This document shows, in pieces, positions 26,026 to 35,355 of a stretch of 64,000 nt of DNA. Source of the stretch: an uncultured bacterium (GTDB lineage: Bacteria; Verrucomicrobiota; Kiritimatiellia; CAIVKH01); assembly GCA_937958885.1 (NCBI GenBank), contig CALGMT010000047.1, positions 24,931 through 88,930 of the forward strand. Direction: 5' to 3'. The position numbers and the translations under genes are program-made. Position 1 is the first letter of the stretch, and every line of letters begins with the position of its first letter. Under the pieces are notes generated by a model. It did no database searches. It saw only the letters and a program-made list of their open reading frames with translations, and was not told where the DNA came from.

Positions 26026-27716
26026 GCGTCGAGCAGCCAGCAGCATTGATACGGCGCGAGATGCCCGTCGAAAGGCGCACCCGCCAGCGCATCGCGACGG
26101 CCGGCAAATCCGCGCACATCGATCGCGCGGTCCGTGAGGTTGTGCAGCGCATCCACCGCGCGCCCCGCCGCCGGCGTCCGGCGAATGGCAAGGACGCCGT
26201 CTGGCGCAGGCTCGACCGTTTGCGGCGCGTCCGGATGAAACGCGGCCAGGCTCGCGCGTGTCGCCAGTCGGCGGCGGAGCTCGTCGAAGATGATCCGCTC
26301 CCGCCCGGTTGGATCGCTCAGCAGGGAATCGAGTTCGGCGCGCACCCATTTCTTGCGATTCAGCGACCGCGCACGGCCGGTCGCGCGATAGCCCGCCTCG
26401 TCATTGCGCGCGCCGAACAGGCTCTGGATGTACACGGCCGGCATGCCCTGCAGCGACATGGGAACCGTCTGCGAGCAGAGGAAGCGCGCGGTATCGAGCA
26501 TGAAGTCGCGTCCATCAGAAAGGGCGTCGAAGTAGGTGATATTCAGCTCATACGGCACATCTCGGCCGTCCTCCGCCCGGCGCGTGGACACCTGCCCGCC
26601 GCGCGCGCGGATGCGCTCGATCAGCGCGTTAATCTCCGCATCCGGCAGCAACCCCTGCAACGGTCGAACCCCGATTCCGTCGTGCGAGGCGGTGAAATTG
26701 AACCACGTGCATCCGGGCGGCGGCGCAGCGAGGCCGCGCAGCCACGCGAGCAGATGCCGGGCGTCGCCCGTCTGCAGCGCGTGCAGCAGCAGCGGCGGCA
26801 GACTGAACTGATAGACCATATGGGCTTCATCCGACGCGCCGAAATACGATATGTTCTCCTCGTGCGGCACATTCGTTTCGGTCAGCAGCAGCACCTCCGG
26901 GGCGACCATCTCGACGATTTCGCGCAAGAGCTTCACCACTTCGTGGGTTTCAGGCAGGTGAATGCACGGGGTCCCGATCTGCTTCCACACATACGCGACC
27001 GCATCCAGGCGTATGATCCGCGCGCCGTTCGCGATGTAGCCGAACAGGATATCGATGAATTCGAACAGCACATCCGGATTCCGGAAATCCAAATCCATTT
27101 GATCGTCGCTAAAGGTGGTCCAGACCCACGCGGGCCCATCGGCGCGCTGGACGCGGGTCAGCAGCGGCAGGCTGCGCGGACGCACCACGGCGGAGAGGTC
27201 CGCGGCGGGATCCGCCTCGATGAAATAGGACCGGTACGGCGCGTCGCCCTCGCGATAGGAGCGGAACCAGGCGCTTTTCCGCGACGCGTGGTTCAGCACC
27301 AGATCGAACATCAGATCGAACCGCTCGCCGAGCGCCCGCACGTCGTCCCAGTCTCCGAGTTCGGGGTTCACCGCGCGATAATCGATCACGGAGAAGCCAT
27401 CGTCCGACGAATAAGGATAGAACGGCAGAATATGTAGTGTGCTGAACGCTTCCTGGAGATGTTCGTCCGCAAAGGTTTTGAGAGTCGTCAGCGGCGGTTC
27501 ATCAGCGGCGCGGATGGAATCGCCGTACGCGATCAAGACCGCGTCGCGCTCGGACCAGCGGGTCGTCTCGCGCGGCAGCGTGCCGGCGCCGACGCCGTAG
27601 CGCCCGATCGCCGCAAGCAGGCGCTCCTTGCACGCCGGCGCCGACTCATCGCCATACAGGCGCGCAAACCGCTCGCGCAGGCGGCGGCGAAGCTCACTGG
27701 GAATCCATACGCTCAT
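26022..27716 (-). CDS. GH13_18 sugar phosphorylase (sucrose-phosphorylase-like; candidate glucosylglycerate phosphorylase)
   Basis: Motifs HILPFYPYSSDDGFSVIDY, FDLVLNHAS, IRLDAVAYVWK (nucleophile Asp), LLTETN and TASHDGIG. The length of about 564 aa fits the YcjM-like branch. Confidence 0.8.
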   Translation of the reverse strand: MSVWIPSELRRRLRERFARLYGDESAPACKERLLAAIGRYGVGAGTLPRETTRWSERDAVLIAYGDSIRAADEPPLTTLKTFADEHLQEAFSTLHILPFYPYSSDDGFSVIDYRAVNPELGDWDDVRALGERFDLMFDLVLNHASRKSAWFRSYREGDAPYRSYFIEADPAADLSAVVRPRSLPLLTRVQRADGPAWVWTTFSDDQMDLDFRNPDVLFEFIDILFGYIANGARIIRLDAVAYVWKQIGTPCIHLPETHEVVKLLREIVEMVAPEVLLLTETNVPHEENISYFGASDEAHMVYQFSLPPLLLHALQTGDARHLLAWLRGLAAPPPGCTWFNFTASHDGIGVRPLQGLLPDAEINALIERIRARGGQVSTRRAEDGRDVPYELNITYFDALSDGRDFMLDTARFLCSQTVPMSLQGMPAVYIQSLFGARNDEAGYRATGRARSLNRKKWVRAELDSLLSDPTGRERIIFDELRRRLATRASLAAFHPDAPQTVEPAPDGVLAIRRTPAAGRAVDALHNLTDRAIDVRGFAGRRDALAGAPFDGHLAPYQCCWLLDA

Positions 27717-27717
27717 G

Positions 27718-28983
27718 TCATTGCTCCGGCATGCCGACAATGTTGGTGATCAACGTGTGCAGGCTGCGGCGCAGCACGGAATAGCCGTAGTAGCGCGCGC
27801 CGACGCGGTAATTGTGTTCGACCATCTCCTCGCGGTACGCGCGATCCTCCAGCACGCGGCGCACCTCTTCGGCCACCTGCCGCGTGACATAGCCGTCCAT
27901 CAGCGGGCAGCGGAAGCCCTTCGGTTCGATGTCGCGCCCGAAGACGCCGTATCGATTCACGACAACCGGAACCTTGAAATAAATCGCCTCGAGAAACGCG
28001 TTGCCGAATCCCTCATAGAGGCTGGGATAGGTCACGAGGTCGGCGTGGGGATAAATGTCCCACAATGTGAACACCTTGCGCCCCTCCTCGTCCACCGAAC
28101 GCGCGTCGGCGACGCGCGTCGAGACGAAGCGCAAATCAACGCGGGCCTCGCGCGCCATTTCGGCCAGCATGTTGCGATAGTCGAAGCCTTCATCGCCCGC
28201 CTCGTGCGAAATCACGAGTTTGTATTTCGGATCGTTGAGCAACTGGACCAGTTTGATTGAGTGCTCGATCCCCTTCCGCGGCACGATTCGTGTCGGCTGC
28301 AGAATAAACACGTCCGCCGGCGACAGACCGAGCTGCGCGCGCACATCCGACGCGTAGGCATCGACCGGCGGCGGCGGCCTCTCGAACTCGATCACGTTGG
28401 GAATCAGCACGGAGGGCATCCCCTTGCGCCGCGCGAGATCTTCCATCGCATCCTGATTGATGACCACATGCTGGAGGCGCGGGTCGCGAGGCGGGAACGC
28501 CATGTCGAGCAGGTCCGGCACCGCGTTGATCGAAAAGCGCGTGCGCTCCCAGAAGAAATCGTGGTGATGCGCGATCGCGGGCAGCGACGTCTCCGCGAGA
28601 AACTGCGTGATCGCGACGCCGAGCGGCACGTGCATCGGGATCGTGACGGCGTTCTGGATGATCAGGGTATTGATTTCGAAGCGCCGGGTGAACGCATAGA
28701 GCGTGGACTTCAGATACTCCGCGTAGTCGAGGATGCGCCGCGTCAGCAGCGGATAGCGCGTGGTGCGGCCCCAAATGCGCTCGTTGATCCAGACGTTCTC
28801 CGACCATCCGAAAAACGCCTCCGGCACGCACATGCTGCTGTCCGCCGGCCGGTCCAGCAGCCCCGCATACCAAAAGCTGCGGCACTCCATCTCGGCCAGC
28901 ACATCGGCCCACTTCTGGCTTTCCAGCGAGACGCCGTCCGTGCCGGCAAAGCGGGTCGAGATGAATCCGATGCGATCAGCCAT
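27718..28983 (-). CDS. GT4 glycosyltransferase (candidate glucosylglycerate-pathway / mannosyl transferase)
   Basis: GT-B retaining-type C-terminus PSLYEGFGNAFLEA. N-terminus IGFISTRFAGTDGVSLE. Its stop lies 1 nt before the start of the phosphorylase gene. Confidence 0.7.
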   Translation of the reverse strand: MADRIGFISTRFAGTDGVSLESQKWADVLAEMECRSFWYAGLLDRPADSSMCVPEAFFGWSENVWINERIWGRTTRYPLLTRRILDYAEYLKSTLYAFTRRFEINTLIIQNAVTIPMHVPLGVAITQFLAETSLPAIAHHHDFFWERTRFSINAVPDLLDMAFPPRDPRLQHVVINQDAMEDLARRKGMPSVLIPNVIEFERPPPPVDAYASDVRAQLGLSPADVFILQPTRIVPRKGIEHSIKLVQLLNDPKYKLVISHEAGDEGFDYRNMLAEMAREARVDLRFVSTRVADARSVDEEGRKVFTLWDIYPHADLVTYPSLYEGFGNAFLEAIYFKVPVVVNRYGVFGRDIEPKGFRCPLMDGYVTRQVAEEVRRVLEDRAYREEMVEHNYRVGARYYGYSVLRRSLHTLITNIVGMPEQ

Positions 28984-29077
28984 AAATTTTTCCGTGCTTG
29001 AGGCGCTTGGCGTGGACAGCGCGGGCGTTGCACCTTTAGTATAGCGAATTGAGTTTGTTCGGCTCAACCGAATACCC

Positions 29078-30265
29078 ATGACAGGCCCCAAAGATCAGAA
29101 ACCGTTGCTCGAAATGCTGGTGCGCGGCCTCAGCGAGCGCGCCGCCGCCGCGGAGGCGCTGCGCGAACAGTTGTTGGCGAACCTTGTCCTGGTGGGCGAG
29201 ATTCCCGCGCCGACATTCAACGAAGCGGCGCGCGTGGACGCACTCCTGCTGCGCTGGAGCGAAAGCGGGCTGCTGAACTGCGCGCGCGATGCCATGGGCA
29301 ACGGCGTCGGCGTCCTCCCCGGCGTCGAGGGACGCCGGTCCATCCTGCTGGCAAGCCACGCGGACACGGCCTTCGACGATACGGTGGACCACGCGATTTC
29401 CTTGCAGCCGGATTCCGTCACCGGCGTCGGCGTCGCGGAGAACGCGACGGCCCTTGCCGCCATCGCCACCCTGCCGGCGCTGCTGGAGCACCTCGGCATC
29501 CGCCTCAAATCGAACCTCGTCTTCCTCGCCGCCGGTCGCAGCGTCGGGCGCGGCAACCTGGAGGGTGTCCGCCATTTCCTCGCGAACACCTCGATCCCGC
29601 TGCACATGGGGCTCTGCATCGAGGGCACGCCGCTCGGCCGCCTGAGCTATCAGTCGATCGGCATGCGGCGCGGGGAGATTCACTGCCGCGTGCCGGCGGA
29701 ATACGACTGGACCCGCTTCGGCGCGTCCGGCGCGGTGCTGACGATCAACCAGGTCATCAGCCGGATCGCAGCCATTCCGCTGCCGCGCCGGCCCGCGGCC
29801 TCCATCGTGCTCGGCTCGCTGGAAGCGGGCCACACCTACGACCACGTTGCGATGCAGGCGGTAATGCGCTTCGAGCTGCTGAGCGAGTCCCCCGACCTGG
29901 TTCAGCAAATCAGCGCGCAGTTCGCGGATATTGTCGCTGAGGTCGGCGCGCAATCCGGCGCGCACCTTGACCTGGACATTTTCGCGCAGCGCGAGCCGGG
30001 CGGCATTCCGATCGGCCATCCGCTGGTCCGCGTCGGCCGTCATATTGTCGAGTCGCTCGGCGTCCCGCTGCGCATCGCGCCGGACACGGGCGAGCTCGCG
30101 GCGCTGATCGACCGCAAAATCCCGGCCATCTCGATCGGCCTGACCACCGGCGGCTCGGTGGACGACGAGCACGACCAGGCGCAAATCCGCCCGCTCTATC
30201 TCGGGCTGGCGCAGGTCGTCACACTGCTGCTCGCCATGGACGGAGGGCTGTGCGATGAAGTTTAA
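29078..30265 (+). CDS. M20/M25/M40 metallohydrolase-like protein with a partly degenerate active site
   Basis: LLASHADTAF (His/Asp ligand region) and LCIEGTP are kept. The bridging-Asp motif reads GVGVAENAT and the catalytic Glu-Glu position is not recognisable. Overlaps gpgS by 11 nt. Confidence 0.65.
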   Translation: MTGPKDQKPLLEMLVRGLSERAAAAEALREQLLANLVLVGEIPAPTFNEAARVDALLLRWSESGLLNCARDAMGNGVGVLPGVEGRRSILLASHADTAFDDTVDHAISLQPDSVTGVGVAENATALAAIATLPALLEHLGIRLKSNLVFLAAGRSVGRGNLEGVRHFLANTSIPLHMGLCIEGTPLGRLSYQSIGMRRGEIHCRVPAEYDWTRFGASGAVLTINQVISRIAAIPLPRRPAASIVLGSLEAGHTYDHVAMQAVMRFELLSESPDLVQQISAQFADIVAEVGAQSGAHLDLDIFAQREPGGIPIGHPLVRVGRHIVESLGVPLRIAPDTGELAALIDRKIPAISIGLTTGGSVDDEHDQAQIRPLYLGLAQVVTLLLAMDGGLCDEV

Positions 30266-31280
30266 TCCGCCTTCCCCGCGCGATACGAAGCGCATTGGCG
30301 AACACATCACCGCATGGCTCGCCGGCAACACATACCACCACTCGCAGTTTGCCGATGTGCGCAAGCTCGTCGCCGCCAAGCAGCGCCAGTGCTTGAGCAT
30401 CTCGCTATGCATTCCGACGCTCAACGAGGAATCGACGATCGGCAAAGAAATCGTCGTCTTCAAGGGCGAATTGATGAAGCGCCACCCGCTGCTCGACGAA
30501 ATCGCGGTCATCGACTCCGGCTCGACCGATAAGACGCGCGAGGTCGCCGCGGAATTCGGCGCGGATGTGTACCTCTCCTCGAACATCCTGCCGGAGATGG
30601 GGGAAAAGCGCGGCAAGGGCGAGAATCTCTGGAAGGCGATCTACCAGCTCAAGGGCGACCTGATTGTGTATATCGACGCGGACATCACGAACATCCACCC
30701 GCGCTTCGTCTACGGCCTGCTCGGACCGCTGCTGTTGAACCGGGACATTCAGTATGTGAAGGCCTTCTACGACCGCCCGCTCGCGATGGTCCCGGGCGTG
30801 CGCACCGCGGGCGGCGGCCGCGTGACGGAGATCCTCGTGCGCCCGCTCTTCTCGCTGTTTTTCCCCGAACTGACCGCGTTGATCCAGCCGCTCTCCGGCG
30901 AATACGCCGTGCGCCGGACGCTGCTGGAAACGCTTCCGTTCCCGATCGGATACGGCGTGGAGACCTCTCACCTGATCGACGTTTATCATCGGTGGGGTCT
31001 CGACGCGATCGCGCAAACGGACTTGGACCAGCGTATCCACCGGAACCAGCCGACGCCGGACCTCGGCAAGATGGCATTCGGCATCCAGCGCGCGTTTCTC
31101 TCGCGGCTGAAGTCGCTCGGCCTCGTCAAGAGCCTGCCCGAATTGAGCACGGTCCTGCGCCAATTCCAATCGCGCGACGGGCGCTATGAGGAGATTGAGC
31201 ACATCATCCGCGAGGAAGAGCGCCCCCCGATGATCGAAGTGCCGGCCTATCGAAAGAAGTGCGGCCTGCCCCCGCGCTAA
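30255..31280 (+). CDS. gpgS: Glucosyl-3-phosphoglycerate synthase (GT81-like)
   Basis: GT-A pattern LCIPTLNEESTIG, VIDSGSTDKTREVA, GKGENLWKA and YIDADITN. Size and order of motifs match GpgS-type enzymes. Confidence 0.75.
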   Translation: MKFNPPSPRDTKRIGEHITAWLAGNTYHHSQFADVRKLVAAKQRQCLSISLCIPTLNEESTIGKEIVVFKGELMKRHPLLDEIAVIDSGSTDKTREVAAEFGADVYLSSNILPEMGEKRGKGENLWKAIYQLKGDLIVYIDADITNIHPRFVYGLLGPLLLNRDIQYVKAFYDRPLAMVPGVRTAGGGRVTEILVRPLFSLFFPELTALIQPLSGEYAVRRTLLETLPFPIGYGVETSHLIDVYHRWGLDAIAQTDLDQRIHRNQPTPDLGKMAFGIQRAFLSRLKSLGLVKSLPELSTVLRQFQSRDGRYEEIEHIIREEERPPMIEVPAYRKKCGLPPR

Positions 31281-31290
31281 GGCGCGAATG

Positions 31291-31339
31291 TTCCATGCGC
31301 TGTAATTTACAGAGCATGGAAGTCTGAAAAAAAGTTTTT
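31291..31339 (+). terminator. Near-perfect 31-nt palindrome/hairpin followed by A7-G-T5; terminator or operator candidate
   Basis: TTCCATGCGCTGTA-ATT-TACAGAGCATGGAA (13/14 pairs) at 31291-31321. The T-run at 31335-31339 is not adjacent to the stem. Confidence 0.4.
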
Positions 31340-31382
31340 GCAGAGTATGGAAATTTTCGGGCAATCCGGCACACTGCCCCGC

Positions 31383-32261
31383 ATGAAAAGCAAGATTGCG
31401 CTGGTGCAGATGCGCTGCTCGCCGGACGCGGAGGAAAACACGCGCCGCGCGGCGGAGTTCGTCGCCGAGGCCGCGGCCCGGGGCGCACAGGTGGTATGCC
31501 TGCCGGAGATGTATCGCACGCCGTATTTCTGTCAGCGGGAAGACGCGTCGCTGTTCGACCTCGCTGAGCCGGTGCCGGGCCCTTCAACCGAGGCGCTCGG
31601 CGCGGCGGCACGCAAGGCGGGCGTGACGGTGATCGCGCCGATCTTCGAGCGGCGCGCGCCGGGGCTCTATCACAACAGCGCGGCGATCCTCAATCCGAAC
31701 GGCGCGGTGCAGGGCCTGTATCGGAAGATGCACATCCCGGACGATCCGTGTTTTTATGAGAAGTACTACTTCGCGCCGGGCGATCTCGGGTTCCAGGCGT
31801 ACGACACGCCGGCGGGCCGGATCGGCGTGCTGATCTGCTGGGATCAGTGGTATCCGGAGGCCGCGCGCCTGACCGCGTTGCGCGGCGCGGAGGCGCTCTT
31901 TTATCCGACCGCGATCGGATGGCACCCGCACGAGAAGGCGCAGTATGGCGCGGCGCAGCGCGATGCGTGGCGAACAGTTCAGCGCGGACACGCGATCGCG
32001 AACGGGGCGTATGTCGCGGCGGTCAACCGCATCGGCCATGAGCGGCCCGACTCGGCGGCCGCGGGGCTGGAGTTCTGGGGCACGTCGTTCGTCGCCGACC
32101 CGTTCGGCGTGGTGCTCGCGGAGGCCTCGACTGACAAGGAGGAAATCCTCGCGGTCGAGATCGACTCCGCGCGAGTCGAGGAAGTCCGCCGGAACTGGCC
32201 GTTCCTGCGCGACCGGCGGGTGGACGCCTACAGCGACCTGACCCGCCGCTTCGTGGATTGA
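31383..32261 (+). CDS. aguB: N-carbamoylputrescine amidase (CN-hydrolase family)
   Basis: Catalytic E-K-C context: VVCLPEMY, YRKMHIP and GVLICWDQWYPE. Paired with agmatine deiminase. Confidence 0.85.
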   Translation: MKSKIALVQMRCSPDAEENTRRAAEFVAEAAARGAQVVCLPEMYRTPYFCQREDASLFDLAEPVPGPSTEALGAAARKAGVTVIAPIFERRAPGLYHNSAAILNPNGAVQGLYRKMHIPDDPCFYEKYYFAPGDLGFQAYDTPAGRIGVLICWDQWYPEAARLTALRGAEALFYPTAIGWHPHEKAQYGAAQRDAWRTVQRGHAIANGAYVAAVNRIGHERPDSAAAGLEFWGTSFVADPFGVVLAEASTDKEEILAVEIDSARVEEVRRNWPFLRDRRVDAYSDLTRRFVD

Positions 32262-32266
32262 TTGCG

Positions 32267-33313
32267 ATGCGCCTGCACTATCCGGCGGAATGGGAGCGGC
32301 ACGAGGCCACGTGGCTCGGCTGGCCGCACAACCGATCCGACTGGCCGGGCAAGTTCGGCCCTATCCCCTGGGTCTTCGGCGAAATGGCGAGGCATATCGC
32401 CGCCGGCGAGCGCGCACATATTCTCGTGCAGGATGCGCGCCACGAGGCCGGCGCGCGGCGGGTGCTGCGCGCGGTGGGGGTTCCGGATGATCGGGTCCGC
32501 TTCTTTCGCTGGCCGACAAACCGCGGGTGGACGCGGGATCTCGGGCCGATGTTCGCGCGCGCGGGCGCGCAACAGAAAGGACTCGCAATCCTGGACTATA
32601 CGTTCAACGCGTGGGCGAAATATCCGGACTGGCGCCTCGACAACGCCGTCGCCGCCAAGGCCGCAAAGGCGCTTGGCGTGCCGCGCGTGCCGGTGCTGCA
32701 CCGAGGACGGCAGGTGACGCTTGAAGGCGGCGGCATCGATGTCAACGGATGCGGCACGCTGCTGACCACCGAGGAATGTTTCATGGACCAGAAGATCCAG
32801 TGCCGCAATCCGGGGTTCACGAAGCAGGACTGGGCCGCGGTCTTCAAACGCTATTTTGGCGCGACAAACATCCTGTGGTTCGGCAAGGGAATCGCGGGCG
32901 ACGACACGCACGGACATGTCGACGATCTGTGCCGATTTGTAAATCCGAAAACGGTCGTTCTCGTGCGCGAGAAAAACGCGTCGGATGCAAATTACCGCGC
33001 CTTGGAAGAAAATTGGGAGCGTGTGCAGGGTATGCGGCTCGAAAACGGATCCCGCCTTGAGGCGATCCCGCTGCCGATGCCGAATCCGCTGATATTCAAG
33101 GGGCAGCGCCTCCCCGCGAGCTATGCGAATTTTTACATATGCAATGCGGCTGTGCTTGTTCCCACCTTCAACGACCCGCATGATCGGGACGCGCTGGGGA
33201 TCTTCGGGGAGTTGTTCACGGATCGGCCGGTAATCGGCATCCACGCGGTTGATTTGGTGTGGGGACTTGGCACCCTGCACTGTCTGACGCGCGAACAGCC
33301 GGCGTCGGCATGA
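32267..33313 (+). CDS. aguA: Agmatine deiminase
   Basis: Motifs YPAEWERHEATWLGWPH, GGGIDVNG, THGHVDD and GTLHCLT (catalytic Cys). ATG 32267; the track ORF starts at TTG 32258. Confidence 0.88.
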   Translation: MRLHYPAEWERHEATWLGWPHNRSDWPGKFGPIPWVFGEMARHIAAGERAHILVQDARHEAGARRVLRAVGVPDDRVRFFRWPTNRGWTRDLGPMFARAGAQQKGLAILDYTFNAWAKYPDWRLDNAVAAKAAKALGVPRVPVLHRGRQVTLEGGGIDVNGCGTLLTTEECFMDQKIQCRNPGFTKQDWAAVFKRYFGATNILWFGKGIAGDDTHGHVDDLCRFVNPKTVVLVREKNASDANYRALEENWERVQGMRLENGSRLEAIPLPMPNPLIFKGQRLPASYANFYICNAAVLVPTFNDPHDRDALGIFGELFTDRPVIGIHAVDLVWGLGTLHCLTREQPASA

Positions 33314-33343
33314 AGTCTGCTTATAGTTATCGCTTGGCGAAGG

Positions 33344-35293
33344 ATGAAACGACACAGCATATGGCGCGACCCGGACTTTTGGTCCCAGGTCGCGATGCTC
33401 TCGCTGCCCTTCCTCGGATTTGCCGCGCTTTTTTTGCTGACAAAGCCCGAACTGCCGGAGGAATACCGCACCGGCGCGCGCCGCGCGCGGGATAGCCGGG
33501 CAACCCCGCGGATCGTGATCCCGGATGCCCTGCCTGCCGATGTGATCCCGAAGCTGTCCGCGATCAGCCCGCGCAACCTCGTCGATGTCGTCGAGCAAAT
33601 GGCGCTGGACACGGAACAGACCGTCGCCGAAATCAACCTCGAGGTGCAGACCGGATTTACGCCGCGCCCGCCGATCGCCGTCGAGCAGAAGGGACTGCCG
33701 GTCCCGCAGTTTCGCACACGCACGTTTGTCACCGGATTGGCGAGCCCTGACGGCATCACCATCGACCCGCGCACAGGCAACATCTTCGTTTCCGAGGAAG
33801 AGGCGCATCGGATCGTCATGATCACGCCCCGCGGGCGGATGCGCACCGTGATCGATCAGGACACGCGCCTGTACGTGATGGACGGGCGCACCCAGAAGCG
33901 GATCGTGCCCCTCCGCTCGCCGGAAGGGCTCGCCATGGACAGCTTCGGGCGGTTGTACGTGGTGGAAGATCGGGAGAAGGGCCGCATCCTCGCGATTCAG
34001 CTCGATGAATCCGGAAGGGTCGGACCGACGGAGGTGATCCGGTTGCCCGGCCAGGCGGCGGGTTTCCAGTGGGAAGGGATCGACGCGCGCGATACGGGCG
34101 AGATCGTACTGACCGGCTCGACGGCGGAGAACGCGCTCGGCGCAGGCGGCATGGTGCAGGGCGCGCTGGTCTATCGCGACAAGGACGGGCGCTGGTGGGT
34201 TCCCATCATGCGCCCGATGGCGGGTCTCGCGGATGTGTCCTTCTCGAAGGGAGGTCAATTCGCCGTCTACACGGATGAAATCACCGGCACGCTGGGATGG
34301 ATTGACCTGCAGTCGCGATTCCTCCGAGAGGGCGCCAGCCAACGCTCCTTCAAATCGCCGGAAGGCGTGTGCGTCCTACCGGACGGCAGGCTCGCCGTCG
34401 CCGAGGAGGGCGGGCGGATTTCGATCGTGGATCCCGACGGCGATCATATCGCCGTAATCGCGGAGGGATTGGGGTCCATCGAATCGATCATCTGGGACGA
34501 CCGCGGAAACCGGTTGCTGGTCACTGCCGACGCCAGCGGCAGCGTGCTGGAGCTGATTCCCGATACCCCGTTTGCCGCCGGTATCGACCGGATGCAGCGC
34601 GCGATTTGCCAATCTGAAGGGGCCATCCGACACGTGCCGCCGACCCCGCCTGAGTTCCTCCGCCCGCTGCTGGAAATGGGCGGCTTGTGGGATCTCAATC
34701 CGGACTTCAATCTCGCATTCGACGAGTTGACCCGGCGCGTGCCGATACTCGCGACCGACGCGCAGGCGGTCTTGCTACAGGGGTCCGACGAGGTGCCCGA
34801 TCCCGTCGTGCACCTTCGTTTTGTCGCGCTCGACCCGAACCGCCTGCGCTTCGACGAACCCGGATTCGATTTCGCCCTCAGCGCCATGATCCTGCGCACG
34901 CGGTCGGGCCAGATTTATAAAACGAAGCTCGCGCGCACCGTCATCATGAGCGGTAATCTGTGGAGCGGTGAGTTCAAGAACCACGGCACTTTCGACGTGC
35001 CGGTGCCGTTCGCCTACCAGGCGCAACCCGGCCCGCGCGGACATGCCGTGATTCATTTTACGGGGCTTGGACGGTCGCCGGACATCTCCATCGCCTTGAA
35101 TCCGTCGAAGCCGGAGGAGAGCTACATGCTCATCACCCATATCAACGGCACCCTTGAGCAATACCGGTTGGTACAGACCCGCGCCTCGGACGGATCGGAC
35201 AATTGGGTGGTCTCCATGCCCGCCCGCCGCCAGGTCCCCTGGCTGAACATCTCCGATCCGCTGGTGGACGCCCGAAAGGAAGACACGCTTTAA
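33344..35293 (+). CDS. Membrane-anchored beta-propeller (NHL/SMP-30-like repeat) protein, function unknown
   Basis: N-terminal TM helix. Repeated blades: SPDGITIDPRTGNIFVSEE, PEGLAMDSFGRLYVVED, PEGVCVLPDGRLAVAEE, IWDDRGNRLLVTAD. Confidence 0.7.
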   Translation: MKRHSIWRDPDFWSQVAMLSLPFLGFAALFLLTKPELPEEYRTGARRARDSRATPRIVIPDALPADVIPKLSAISPRNLVDVVEQMALDTEQTVAEINLEVQTGFTPRPPIAVEQKGLPVPQFRTRTFVTGLASPDGITIDPRTGNIFVSEEEAHRIVMITPRGRMRTVIDQDTRLYVMDGRTQKRIVPLRSPEGLAMDSFGRLYVVEDREKGRILAIQLDESGRVGPTEVIRLPGQAAGFQWEGIDARDTGEIVLTGSTAENALGAGGMVQGALVYRDKDGRWWVPIMRPMAGLADVSFSKGGQFAVYTDEITGTLGWIDLQSRFLREGASQRSFKSPEGVCVLPDGRLAVAEEGGRISIVDPDGDHIAVIAEGLGSIESIIWDDRGNRLLVTADASGSVLELIPDTPFAAGIDRMQRAICQSEGAIRHVPPTPPEFLRPLLEMGGLWDLNPDFNLAFDELTRRVPILATDAQAVLLQGSDEVPDPVVHLRFVALDPNRLRFDEPGFDFALSAMILRTRSGQIYKTKLARTVIMSGNLWSGEFKNHGTFDVPVPFAYQAQPGPRGHAVIHFTGLGRSPDISIALNPSKPEESYMLITHINGTLEQYRLVQTRASDGSDNWVVSMPARRQVPWLNISDPLVDARKEDTL

Positions 35294-35355
35294 GCCGAGT
35301 CATGCGATTCGCTGTACAGGCGCGGCGCGATGTGCTCCCATAATCGCCCTATCCC

